A stretch of DNA of 62,466 bases from Octopus bimaculoides (taxonomy: Eukaryota): positions 40,979,366 to 41,041,831 of the forward strand of contig NC_068997.1 in NCBI RefSeq assembly GCF_001194135.2, read 5' to 3'. How positions within the stretch are numbered: position 1 is the first letter of the stretch; every line of letters begins with the position of its first letter. Of the stretch, positions 13,221 through 25,772 are shown in pieces. Below the pieces are notes generated by a model that searched no databases, was not told the DNA's origin, and saw only the letters and a list, made by a program, of their open reading frames with translations. The translations under genes and the position numbers were made by a program.

Positions 13221-15111
13221 TACAATATGTATATATATATGTGTGTGTGTGTATCTATAAATAGATTTCTATATGTATACATATGTAATGTTAAGTTTAT
13301 TTAATGTTGTTCTTGTCTAAACATAAAGGTTTGTGTTATAGGACAAGGCAGGTTACTACAAATAGATGAGAAACAAAGCTATTTTCTCTATGTGATCAAC
13401 ATTCGCAGTGCGCGTGTCTGTTGGTGAGATAATGCCTGTTAGTTTGTCCCTAAATATAACATTGATATCTTGACCACGTTGTGTCTTTCATTTGTGAGGT
13501 TGAAGAGATGAGTTGTAGATAAACCATATGCTGAAGTTTTATGCTTGTTCTTTACAAAAGGCCATAGTCAAATAGTAAAAACTAAAGAGCTGATTTAATC
13601 AACAGAAGACAACTTCTTAGCTTTTCTGCTTGCAAATTGATTGTTATAACACACTTCAACCAAACAGCCATCTCTTTCTTGTTTACACCAAGTGATAATG
13701 TGTATTTCGATAATCACACTTTCAGTTTAATCAAGATTGGTGAAGGCAGTGGAAGAGAGGGATAATTACGATATAAAATTGCAACATGCATAGATAAATA
13801 TGTTTGTTTGCATTAACTGAGATGGTCACTATCAAGCCACCATAAGAAATATGACTAAGTCACAGACCTTGCTAGAACACACACACACACACACACACAC
13901 ATGACTTCACTGACTGCTGCTCTGTAATTATCACTTGTGAACAATGGTTGAAAAGGCTAAAATATTATGAATGGAAAATATAACAAACATGGAAGGGCCA
14001 CCTATGCTGTCATGAAAAAGTTACATACTTGAGACATAAAGAAAAGAAAAAAAGTTAATAAAAACAGTATGGCCACGGCTGGAATGTCTTCGATCATGCT
14101 AGATCTGGACTTACTTTACAAAGACAACTGCAACTTCCTGATGAAGTGCAAGCACTGGTTACCTGACACTAAGACAATCCCCAAGTGTTACAACTGAAAG
14201 CTACATGAATAATAATGAGTGCAGCTATATTGAAATGTTCACACTGGTCACCCAATTCACTTTTTACCAATCTCCTTTTTTTATACCTTATAACCTCACT
14301 TTTTTATTAAAATTTCTTTCTCTTCTTTTCTCTCCTCTTATACAGCTTCCTTACAGAATCTATTCCTGTGTCATTCGTTCTTGTGAAATCACCGTCATTT
14401 TACATGAAAGCATACACAAACACACTCAGACAGTCATACACACACACTAATACACAACGTATGTGTGTGTATGTAATATAAAATATATATAAATATTTAC
14501 ATTTACGTATGTATGTGTATGTTCATTGCAGGCTAGTATAATGATGATTTTTGTTTATATAAATTACATATATGTTTGTATGTATGTATGCTTGTGTGTC
14601 TGTAATATATGTGCATGTATGTATAGCATCATCATCATTTTAAAGTCCTTTCTACTATGCTTATGTGGGTTGGATGGAGTTCATTGAGGTATATTTTCCA
14701 TGGCCACATGTTCTTCAAACACACACTCACTGTGCTTATATGTACACTCCTCACTTACACACATACACACACACATGTACACTCACTCACACACACACAT
14801 ATGCATAAGAATTCATACTGCTCACAAATCTCAAGAAATGGTATGTAATCACAAAGTATTTAAATAGAGTGAAAACAAAATCTTTTACATTTATTTGGAA
14901 ATATTTACAATGTTTATTGGGTTCATCAATGTAGAAGAATTTTGGTTTTGATAATTTAATCCTCAGATATGTGGCATTGATTGATCGACTGATTGATTTT
15001 TCCTTTTTGTTTAGTTTACTTATAAATTTTTGTTGTTGTTTATGGAAAGGGATAAAGCCAATGTAAGACAAAGAACCTGGCAGAGGTTCAACAATCTATG
15101 TAGACACACGT

Positions 15112-15142
<31 letters not shown>

Positions 15143-15521
15143 ATATATATATATAGGAAGACAGAGTATGAAAGAGAGAGAATGAGACCTAATACAAATA
15201 TGTTTTAATATAAACACATATGCACAATTTATATATATGCATATATTGATATACATATATATATATGTATATATCTTTATATATATATATATATATATNN
15301 NNNNNNNNNNNNNNNNNNNNNNNNNNNNNNNNNNNNNNNNNNNNNNNNNNNNNNNNNNNNNNNNNNNNNNNNNNNNNNNNNNNNNNNNNNNNNNNNNNNN
15401 NNNNNNNNNNNNNNNNNNNNNNNNNNNNNNNNNNNNNNNNNNNNNNNNNNNNNNNNNNNNNNNNNNNNNNNNNNNNNNNNNNNNNNNNNNNNNNNNNNNN
15501 NNNNNNNNNNNNNNNNNNNNN

Positions 15522-15560
<39 letters not shown>

Positions 15561-16120
15561 TATTTTTTTTTTATCAAGCCTATATGTATTCATACGCATA
15601 TTGATGTATATATTTATACACAGACACATACATTGTTATACATAGAAATTCATCTTAATCTATAGCAAAGACATTTGTTTACAATTACCTTACACAAAGA
15701 GATATGGACACACACACACACACACACACAGATGATAGGCTTTTATTTAGATATGTCTATCAAATCCACACATAAAAATCTTAACTCGGTCTCAGTCTCC
15801 AGTAGAAGATAAAATACTTGTCGGAAGGACTGAACTCAAACCACATGGTTTGAAAATGAAGTTTTAACTATAGGGAAGGTGACGTCATCTGTTGTGGCTT
15901 AGCAGTTTTCGAAGTGTCACAAATATGAACCAACACACAGACACAAACACATACACATGTATGTACACACATGTATACACATACACACTCATACACATGT
16001 ATATGATGGTTATTTTATTTAGATCTCATCTCCTTGTCCTGCTCTTAAGGCTTTAGTCAGCCCAAGGATATACATTTGTCTGTGTGTAGGTATATGTATA
16101 TATAAAGATGTATATCAAAA

Positions 16121-16158
<38 letters not shown>

Positions 16159-16348
16159 GAACACGCATGTATAATGATTTATATATACATATTTATAAAG
16201 ATTTATACCTACACACACATGTATATTTATCTATCTATCTATATATCTATATATATATATGTCATGTACCCAGATATGCATCTATATATACATGTAGATG
16301 AAGGTATGTACATACATGTACATATATATGCATATACTCATATATTAT

Positions 16349-16392
<44 letters not shown>

Positions 16393-17050
16393 CATACATG
16401 CATGCATGCATACGTACATACACAAGTGCAGGTATAAATGTGTGTATGTATATATACATACATACACACACATATTCACATCTGTGTAAATGTATATATA
16501 TATATATGTATGTGTGTGTGTTTATGTGGATTTTCTGCTTGAGCCTATAGCCATCACTTGCCAGCAAGTGTTAATTGCTCACATGCATCATGCTATCATT
16601 AATTGCTGTACATACTTCTGTAGTTGCAGGGAGATGTAGAAACAGTCTCATTCCTCCCTGCTCTGTCTCCTTTCAGCTGTAACATTGAAGATATTATAGA
16701 TGGAGAGTGACAAAGCTTCACCAGCACTAGGCTTCTGTTTATTGTAGGTGGGTTGATTGAAGCCACTTGAAATGAAGTACCTTGAGGAATAATATGATGC
16801 ACTGTCTGGTCCATAATATTATGATCATGAACTTAAACACCTTAGCAGTTATTGAAAAATATACATCTATAAGTGTGTGTGTGTGTGTGCACATATGTAA
16901 ACGCATAAACAAATATATATATATATAAATATATATAAATATACACAAATATATATATATGTGTATGTATGTATATATGTACACACACACATGAAAATAA
17001 TGTATATATTCATATATAAATAAATAAATATATATATAAATAAGCATATA

Positions 17051-17170
<120 letters not shown>

Positions 17171-17936
17171 CATAGATACACACATACATACATACATACA
17201 TACATACACACACACATATGTATGTATGCAGATTTTTTCTTTTCATTTTTTTTCTTATTTTTCTCACTGTCCAACATCCTTGTTTTTACAATATATCTAA
17301 TGTAAATAGATACATGGTGTATTTTATAAATACGCCTGTTACAAGTATCAAAAGCATGAAACTATTAGTAGCTATCTCTCACTGGATGGAGTACTTTTTC
17401 TGTTGATTCTGCATATATTGGATCTGTCTGTCTATCTATCTTACATAACGTGCGTGAGTGTGTGTGTGTTTGTACATATAGAAATATATGTGTATGGATC
17501 TTTGCTGACTGCAAATCTGGAATTGCAATCTCTCTCTCTATGAATTCTAGTTCTTCAGACCACAGAATTCTTTGTTATGAAATTGCATGTTATTTTCTTC
17601 CGCCCACTTGTGGATTGCATTAAGGTCATGCTGTTGATGTACAGCATCATCAATATTCTGTATTGCCTGAGGTAGTTTTTCCTTATCAATATCACTACTG
17701 GAAATAGCTGTACATATACCTGACTGCATGTCTGACAGAGCAACCACTAGTAACATTGGTCCCAAAAGGGTTCCAGAGAAACTCAACTCAAAATCAGTAT
17801 TTCCTTTGGAAAGGCCCCATTTGCTGTCACCCTCTGACTTGTGCTTCTTAAAACGTTACATAGCCACCCTCTTAATTTCTGAACTAATTGGAGATCACGG
17901 CATCAAGCACACCATTATTGTTCTTTGCAAAATCCA

Positions 17937-18320
17937 CAGGGTGGCTGTGTGGTAAGAAGCTTGCTTCCTAATCACATGCTTCTGGGTTTAGTCCTACTGC
18001 ATGGCACCTTGAACAAGTGTTTTCTACTATAGCCTTAGGCCAAAGCTTTGTCAGTGGATTTGATAAATGGAAACTGAAAGAAGCCTGTTGTATATATGTG
18101 TTTGTGTGTCTTTACATTTGTGTTTGTTCCCCACCAATACTTCACAACCGGTGTTGGTGTGCTTACATCCCCATAACTTAGGAGTTCAGCAAAAGAAACC
18201 AATAGAATAAGTACTAGGTTTTAAAAAAAATAAATATAGGAGTCGATACATTCAACTAAAATTCTTCAAGGCAATGCCCCGACATAGCCACAGTCTAATG
18301 ACTGGAACAAATAAAGGATA
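17937..18320 (+). mobile_element. Full-length tRNA-derived SINE (family A) inserted in the CR1-like LINE
   Basis: Head gtggctgtgtggtaagaagcttgcttcc, B-box-like gggtttagtcc, body ccttgaacaagtgttttctactatagcc, gtggatttg..gaaactgaaagaagcc, internal (TG) tract, tail ccacagtctaatgactggaacaaataaa. Confidence 0.85.
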
Positions 18321-19929
18321 AACAATATAATGAACAATTAAGCAGCTCTTTCAACATCCAGTCATAGTGCTGCAGCGTTTGAGTAAGGCAGCTTCTTTCT
18401 GGGTTTTGCTGAGTGTTTGTCTCTATTACTTTGGTGACACGTGAAGTCAGAGTACATAGCCCTGTAATTTTTTTAAGTATCTGCTCTGCTTCCAGTATCT
18501 GCTCTGCTTCCATCTTTATGATTAGGGCATATTGTGCTTTCCTTCATCTTTTTTCAGAGATTTCTTAATTACAAAGAAGCTTTAGGAAAGTTTCTAGTGT
18601 GGTTTAGCTAAAATTTGTTTATATGCTACTTTTAGGAGGATTGCTGGGAATCCACCAGGGCCCAGTGCAGACAGAGTTTAAGCTCATTTCATCTATGGTT
18701 GATATTACATCTATCTCATTTATGTCATGTAACAATGGTTGGCACCTTCCAATGAAGAGCTGTTGTATCAAAGATCTCTTCTGGTTCATTTAATTGCACA
18801 TATCCTGTGGGAGGGTGTAAACAACTTTTGAACTGCTCATTCAGTATTTCACTTATCTTTTTGGTGTCTGCTCTTAATAAGTTGTCTTTTTGGAATAATG
18901 GCCATATTTTGTGATGCACACTGGCTGTTTCTTTAACAAATATGTTGTTGTATATATTTTCTATAGTCCAAGTTTCTCTGTTTCTCTGATATCACCCTTT
19001 CGTGACAGTGCCTGAGTTTCTTCTTTATTCTTAGGACCGTCCTTATATTGTCAGATTGCTTGTTGTCTGTTTATTGGTCTGAATACTAAGCATTCAGATT
19101 TCCCTGTCACATGTAGAGCTTATTTATTTACATTGTTTTGAATTAATCATTCATTATCTCACAGTTTCAAGATTTCAATGATTGTGGTTGTTTATTTCTA
19201 GAATGACATTGTAGAATATGTGTGAGAGGCCAAATCTGGCAGGTTTGAACACAAAACAGGTGCAATACCTGGCTGGATATGGTCAGTTTAAATGCTAAAG
19301 AGTTAAGTGATATGTGAACTTTGTTCTGTCTCATAAGAACTTGTGATGTTGACATGAATAATTTAAGCATTATTTCATTGCATTGCATCAAGAAATGTCT
19401 TGCCAGTCTTTAAACAAGGACCGCTTCTGGACTGATTTCCAATCAGCTTTATGAATGTTTTGGCTGGATAACTGAGTGTATATTTGTGGTTTCCCTTGGA
19501 CTATACATTGTAAGTTCTATAAGGTTGTGGTTCAAGAAGATTGTCGCATTATAGGTGAGTTCCATGTTCTTTATGAAGCAGAGACCATGGATGTATTTGC
19601 TCCTGGTGGGTTGAAACATAATTTGTTCCATGAACAACATGTTAGAGTGTTCAAGTAGATCTTCTGTTTGTTTTTGCTCATGCAATGACATTCCCAAGAG
19701 AATGTGACATTCAGATCATTCAATGTTAGTTAATTTGGTTGATAGAAACAGAAAACAGTCTCTTGTACATGCACACGTGTGTGTTTGTGTGCACACATAC
19801 ATACAATTTCTTTTCTGTTTGTGCTTCCTTTTCTTGATATTACATGTGTCATCATCATAAAAGTGGTTATTTGTTCCCAATCATCTTTGCAAACATGTCC
19901 AGTCATATGGAAATATTACTTTGCTCAGA

Positions 19930-20035
19930 AACAAGTGAGTGTTGTCGACAGGAAGGGCATTTAGCTGTAGAAAATGAATTCTACCTGACCTAAGCATATG
20001 CACTGAAAAGTGGATGTTAAATCAGTGACGATTTT
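19930..20035 (+). mobile_element. Diverged family B short repeat (LINE-tail-like SINE 3' end) inside the LINE
   Basis: ggaagggcatttagctgtagaaa...ggatgttaaatcagtgacga matches the 27253-27413 copy. Confidence 0.6.
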
Positions 20036-21238
20036 ATATATAGATACATAGTTATGTGGTAAGGCTTCAACAAATAGAATTTGCTTTTGTCATACCAGGA
20101 ATTTTCCTTGTCCAGCTTTTCCCTTTTCTTTTTGAATCTGTTCCAGAATTTTCTCCAGTACATGGGACACACTCCATTAGAATGCTGATGATAGTTTCAA
20201 ACATTTTTCTAGCAATTTATATACCCTGATCTGATCTAATTGGTTGTATCCAGGGAGACATATGCGATACATAGTTTATTCGTTCATATACACGAAATAT
20301 GTTTCTCATAATCTTTCCTTGGTCCACTGTCAAAATGTTTATTTTTGCGTTTGTTGACAAAACACAGCTCTGGAGTGCCAGGTGTTTATTGGCCATAAGT
20401 TTCATATAATATGGGTGAACAATCTGTTTCTTACCACTATATAATTTCTACCTATAGATCCTTATCTAGAACTGGTAGCCTTTTGTTGGGGTGTTTGGGT
20501 AGGTAATTAATGGTAGCTTTAATGCATTCATCAGTGGACATTGCTATCTGCTGGGTCTTTTCTATATAAGTGTACATCTCTATAGGTATGGATTTCTCTC
20601 TGTTTGGTACTGTTTGAGTACTTTATTTCACCCTACCATGAAACTGTTGGCTACATCAACAGCAATGGCTGCACCTGTCTCTTGATTATATTCTGAAAGT
20701 AATGTGAATACAGGTATGAATTTTATATTAAGACCTAAATCAGTCGACTCAACACATGATGGTGAGGAATTCTCCATTTTGTATTACTATCAGGACAACC
20801 CTTATATTTTTTCATAGATTCTGTGACATGGATCACCACTGATGTTCCTGATGCCTTAAGGGATTCCAGGTCTTTCAATATCAGATCCCCTTGTCTAGCT
20901 AACATAGCCAAGGCTGATCAAGTACCGGCTTGGATCCCAGCAGCAACATACAAACCTGCTCTCTCTACCCAGTTCTAATAGTAGAAATACTTGCAGCTTC
21001 TGCAATGGAATGTATGGCCACTCCTCCTTGCTGCACTAGTAATTCCAATGCAGTCAGAGCTTTGCAGCCTACTTTAATTGGCTGCTGCAAGCCCACAAGC
21101 CTTAGCTTCTGCACTGATCAACTGGCTCCTGGTATTTGGCTGGCTTTCTCTCGTAAACCTGCTCCATAGTTTTTCTCAAGGCACAGTCAGCTCATTCATG
21201 TGTGTGTGTGTGTGTGTGTGAGAATATATTTATAGGTA

Positions 21239-21280
<42 letters not shown>

Positions 21281-21385
21281 CAAATCAGATTGGAGCCTGG
21301 TGTAGCCATCTGGTTTCACCAGTCCTCAGTCAAATCGTCCAACCCATGCTAGCATGGAAAGCGGACGTTAAACGACGACGACGAT
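21281..21385 (+). mobile_element. Young 5'-truncated family B repeat with (GAC/GAT)n tail
   Basis: Nearly identical to 27309-27413 and to the reverse complement of 58340-58460; CpGs intact. Confidence 0.9.
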
Positions 21386-21431
21386 ATAAGTATGTATATA
21401 AATATTTGTGCATATATCTATAAATCATGGA

Positions 21432-21820
21432 GAGGAGTGGCTCTGTGGTAAGTTGCTTGCTTATGAACCACATGGTTCCGGGTTCAGTCCCACTGTGTAG
21501 CACCTTCGGCAAGTGTCTTCTACTATAGTCTCGGGCCGATCAAGGCCTTGTGAGTGGATTTGGTAGACGGAAACTGAAAGAAGCCCATCGTATATATGTA
21601 TGTGTGTGTGTGTATATGTTTGTATGTCTGTGTTTGTCCCCCAACATCACTTGACAACTGATGCTGGTGTGTTTACGCCCCCATAAATTAGCAGTTCGGC
21701 AAAAGAGACTGATAGAATAAGTACTAGGCTTACAAAGAATAAGTCATGGGGTCGATTTGCTTGACTAAAGGTGGTGCTCCAGCATGTCCACAATCAAATG
21801 ACAAACAATTAAAAGAATAG
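21432..21820 (+). mobile_element. Young full-length tRNA-derived SINE (family A)
   Basis: A/B-box head (ggttccgggttcagtccc), CORE-like ccttcggcaagtgtcttctactatag, internal (TG)n, tail ggtggtgctccagcatg...; many CpGs retained. Confidence 0.9.
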
Positions 21821-21916
21821 NNNNNNNNNNNNNNNNNNNNNNNNNNNNNNNNNNNNNNNNNNNNNNNNNNNNNNNNNNNNNNNNNNNNNNNNNNNNNNNN
21901 NNNNNNNNNNNNNNNN

Positions 21917-21982
<66 letters not shown>

Positions 21983-22048
21983 GACTTTTTATGTCAACTT
22001 ATATATAACAATTTTTGTACAGTACATGTCCATGAAATGTCTACAAAG

Positions 22049-22144
22049 AAAGAGTTGACAGTACCTTTGAAGTTTTGGTTTGCTTACCTTTGTCAGACTG
22101 TGCAAAAGCAAAGTAAGTCCAAACTTCAATCTTTGTCATTCTTT
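22049..22144. other. Imperfect ~95-nt inverted repeat enclosing microexon-like splice signals on both strands
   Basis: 5' arm ttgaagttttggtttgcttacctttg pairs with 3' arm caaagtaagtccaaacttcaa. Minus strand: ttttgcacag|TCTGACAAAG|gtaagc (22097-22088). Plus strand: tttgtcag|ACTGTGCAAAAGCAAA|gtaagt (22097-22112). Confidence 0.45.
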
Positions 22145-22769
22145 CCCATGAAAAATTTTAACATGGTAAAAACACGACAGGAGATTTATTTTTAAAATTA
22201 CTTATATAATTTCAGAAGTAACTCTCCTGTCTTGAGTTTTTATTTTTTTGATGTTTACTCTGTGGCTTTTATATCTATGGAAACCAGTAACAAGAAAGTT
22301 TGATGAAAGAAGATACGTTCTCTTCACAGATTTTTCTTTTGTAATGTAACCGCATACATGAAGTTCTACATACTCATTATATATTATATGCTTTTTTATT
22401 CACACTATATCAAAATATCTAAGATTTTACTAACACATATACATATATATAAAAACTATCAACTGTCTTTCTCTCTCTCCTACCATTCATCTATAGTATC
22501 CCTTCCAATGCTATTCTATATCTTCCAAACAGATACCAACACCACTTCTGACATCATCCCAAAAACATTTCTCTTCTCCTTTATATACATCTATAACTTA
22601 TATGACCCCCCTCATCCCTAGCTCATTTTCTACCTCCCACACCCAACCAGGATCCCTATTTTGCCCTGCCCTCCCTATTGTAACACCTACCCTTCTTTTC
22701 TTACATCATGCTTCTCATTGGATCTAACCACCACTCTGTATAACGAACTCATTCATCCTTATTCTTAGT

Positions 22770-23540
22770 ACAAGTTTTGAAGAGTGCAGTTCGATTTCAA
22801 CAGTTATTTTTTCAAATCTGTAATGGAAGTGGCAAAGGAGCATATTCAGCATATTTTGCTTTCATGAGTTCAATAAAGGCAACAACACACCGGAAAGTGT
22901 GAGGAATATTAATGCAGTATATGGGGATCAGACAATTAGCTTAAGCCAATGTCACTGGGGGTTCTAGAAATTCCGAGTGGGAAACTACTGCCTGGAAGAC
23001 TTGTAGAGTTTGATGAGGATGTCCTGGTGGAACAAAATTCCATCGTAACTGTTGAGGAACTAGCAGAGAAACTCGAATTTGGTCGTTCAGCCATTTATCG
23101 ACACCTGTGCCAGGAGAAAAACAACCACCTTTGGTTTCAAGACAAAAGGTGTTTTTCTATCAGGATAATGCTCGGCCACAAACAGCAAGGATGACATTCC
23201 AAAGGCTGAAGCAGTTTGAATGGGAAACAATGCCCCACCCATCATATTTGCTGGACATTACCCCTTCTGATTATCATTTATTCCGTAGTCTTCAAAATCA
23301 TTTGGGTGGAAAAAATATGAATTCTGTAGATGAAATCAGAACAGTGCTGGAGGAGTATTTTTCATCACAGACAAGTGAATTTTGGAAGAGGGGCCTTGCA
23401 GATAGATGGAAGAGCATTGTAGAAAATGAAGGAAACTATATTTTAGATAAAAAAAAAAAAAAAGAACTTTGTTTATCTTAATTTTGTAAAATAAAAGAAG
23501 TATTAAAAAAACCTCATTATTTATATAGGATGACCCAATA
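22770..23540 (+). mobile_element. Internally deleted, decayed mariner (Tc1/mariner, D34D) transposon
   Basis: N-terminal HTH remnant from ATG 22823 (MEVAKEHIQHILL / HEFNKGN...RNINAVYG; TVEELAEKL...AIYRHL) fused to the C-terminal catalytic part (VFFYQDNARP; PHPSYLLDITPSDYHLFRSLQNHLGGK; RWKSIVENEG). Candidate right TIR ataggatgacccaata followed by TA at 23541; left TIR not seen. Confidence 0.92.
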
Positions 23541-23580
23541 TATACATGTACATTCAAACATGCATAATTTCTGCAGTTAC

Positions 23581-23644
23581 CTCCTCTGTTGTCCATATAT
23601 AAAGGAACCTCTTTCCTTCTGTGTCACTTCTGGTTCTTAAAACT
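23581..23644 (-). other. Candidate 64-nt internal exon on the minus strand, open frame xVLRTRSDTEGKRFLYIWTTEE
   Basis: Acceptor tttaaaatttcag|, donor GAG|gtaact, one of three frames open. No family recognised. Confidence 0.25.
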
Positions 23645-24089
23645 CTGAAATTTTAAATATAACAATGTAGAACAATACTTATCTCTCTTTCCATTCACAT
23701 TTTCTTTTCTTTCTCCCACTCTTTTCCTTCTAACTAAATTTAAGAAGCTTCAGCTTGAAATTTCAGAGACTTATCTGTATTCCTGATCTCTCATTGAATG
23801 CTAAACTCATCTCTCCTTGTTTTCAATTTGTCTTCTTTGTTGTTCTCAGCATTAATTTGAACACACACACACACACACATGTTTTGCAAACATATCTATT
23901 TATACTGGAAGGTGAATAAATGAATCCAACACATGTAGTTGTCTAGCTTCATTTAACTTAAAATTTTGTAGAGGGAGATAAATTTGGATGGCAGATGGGC
24001 CTATAAATATACATATCAACAGTGTCAGGGGCCTCCAATGGTCTGTTGTTATCATGTGAACAGTTTGTTAAAATAGCAACCAGATAATT

Positions 24090-24340
24090 CTATGTATGTT
24101 TCCGTGTGTTAGCAGAGACAGTTTGGTGGTTGTTGACCTGTAAAGTTTGAAATTTTAGAGACATCAGGTACTGAAGGCGAAAGGGAAAAGGCTGTTCCAC
24201 ATGCTGCAGTAATTGGTCTGGTGGTATCAGGTTACATATCAGTTTCTGTTGTGTGCATAGTTTTCTAGTGAGAATTGTTTACTCTGAAATTGTGCTTGGG
24301 GCAGTTACGGCTAAGGTAATCTTTCCAAGGTATAAACAAC
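24090..24340 (-). mobile_element. LINE ORF2 extreme C-terminal remnant (CR1/L2/Jockey-like)
   Basis: Minus frame ...SMWNSL... (about 24189-24206) matches the WNxL motif near the end of these ORF2 proteins; frameshifted. Confidence 0.5.
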
Positions 24341-24384
24341 CAGTGAAAAAAATGCATGTAAAGTATGCGTGTGTGTGCATGAAG

Positions 24385-24730
24385 GTACATGGCTCAGTAG
24401 TTAGAGCGTTGGGCTCACAATCAAGAGGTCGTGAGTTCAATTATCAGACTGAGTTGTGTGTTGTGTTCTTGAGCAAGACACTTTATTTCACGTGGCTCCA
24501 GTTCACTCAGCTGTGGAAATGAGTTGCAATGTCACTGGTGCCAAGCTGTATCGGCCCCTTTGCTTTTTCTTTGGATAAAATCGGTGGCATGGAAAAGGGC
24601 TGCTGTTGTGTATGGGTGACTGCTGGTCTTCCATAAACAACCTTACCCGGACTTGTGCCTCAGGGAGAACTTTCTAGGTGCAATCCTGTGGTCATTTGTG
24701 ATCAAAGGGGGAGGGGTCTTTATCCTTTAC
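24385..24730 (+). mobile_element. tRNA-derived SINE of a separate family with CORE-like central domain
   Basis: tggctcagtagttagagcg (A-box), gtgagttcaatt (B-box), gtgttgtgttcttgagcaagacactttatttcac (CORE-like), simple tail ctttatcctttacc. Confidence 0.8.
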
Positions 24731-24799
24731 CTTATGTATATATAAAATTTCATTTTATATTATGTTTGTTGCATTCTTTTACTGTCTTTTTGGTGAAGT

Positions 24800-25255
24800 T
24801 TAAACATCATGAAATCAGCTTTTATCACTTCTGTCCATGTCTTCCTTGGTCTTTCTCTTCCTCTGTCATATTTTCTTTCCACCTAGTTATTCTGGTACTT
24901 CAATCATCCTCCATATGCATCACATATCCACACCAACTCATCCTTTGTTGTTGCACATTATAACTCTTCCAATATTTAGTAGTTTTCTCTCAGCTCATCA
25001 GTCCCGTATCCTTAACACTTGCTAACTTTACACACACGCAGCCTAGCAAGCTTGCTTCATTTCTTCGCAACCTTCACACATGCTGTGCATTATGTGTCCC
25101 TATCCTACAGCCATACAATAGTGCACTTCATACTTAGGCAATACACACTCACTCTTCCATTCACTCAAAGAGAGTATCCTCTTGTTGCTAGCTTTTCCCG
25201 CCTGCCCTTATTCTGGCTACTGTGCATTTTCTCTCACTGCTGATTAAGTCCACCA
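24800..25255 (-). mobile_element. RTE-clade LINE 3' fragment
   Basis: Minus-strand pieces RIRAG..., EASLL..., RTDELREK, VQQQRMSWCGYVMHMED (RLRWxGHVxRM-like) and RPRKTWTEVIKAD, typical of the RTE ORF2 C-terminus. Confidence 0.85.
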
Positions 25256-25308
25256 AAGCACACACAAATATCATACATTCTTTAATGAATATCATGCTAA
25301 GTTGTGTT

Positions 25309-25573
25309 CAGGGCTGTGGAGTCGAAACAAAAATCTTTGACTCCGACTCCTCTACTATTGGCACCTCTGACTCTGACTCTTCTTTATGTAATTAAGTGAT
25401 TGTGGTCTACATATCTCATACAGCATATGGATACACCTGTACTTTGAGTAAGCCTGTATGTTATAACTGGCTTATATTAAAGAATAAAGACATTGAGTTG
25501 GAGTCAGTATAGTTTTACCGACTCTGATTCCAGCTACCCTTTAATTGTTTTCGACTCCAACTCCACAGCCCTA
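25309..25573. mobile_element. hAT-type MITE (265 bp) with a perfect 8-bp target-site duplication
   Basis: TIRs CAGGGCTGTGGAG / CTCCACAGCCCTA; GTTGTGTT at both 25301-25308 and 25574-25581; internal gactcc/ggagtc subterminal repeats. Confidence 0.92.
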
Positions 25574-25772
25574 GTTGTGTTGCTCGCTCTTTCCTTGACA
25601 ATATTGCATCAAGTATAATACATTACAGCAGATGAAACACACACACATGACTTTGACCCAAGGTACCTGCATACAGTGGCTGAAATGAAGCCACTTACTT
25701 TTGAGGAAATACTGCTTATCCAATGCAGTGTTGCCCACAACGAAACTCATCCCACATGATAGTATTCTAAAG

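Larger units (their letters stand above)
17530..20900 (-). mobile_element. Decayed CR1/L2-group LINE with endonuclease and reverse-transcriptase remnants, interrupted by younger SINEs
   Basis: Minus-strand peptides: GTLLGPMLLVVALSDM...HDLNAIHKWAEENNMQF (RT, PQGTVLGP-type region); EQIMFQPTRSKYIHGLCF...NHNLIELT (APE endonuclease, PTR...DH-type region); KKISEILNEQFKS (linker). Many stops and frameshifts. Confidence 0.85.

Noticed and set aside
14138-14162. CTGATGA plus a neat agtgc-aa-gcact stem
   Set aside because: No GAAA follows and no stem I; cannot be called a hammerhead.
16677-16747. Strong plus acceptor and a GTAG|GTGGGT donor
   Set aside because: All three frames are closed and nothing else supports it; at most a UTR exon.
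24161-24174. 14-nt match to the 3' part of miR-12 (acatcaggtactga)
   Set aside because: Seed is absent, there is no hairpin, and it lies within a LINE remnant.
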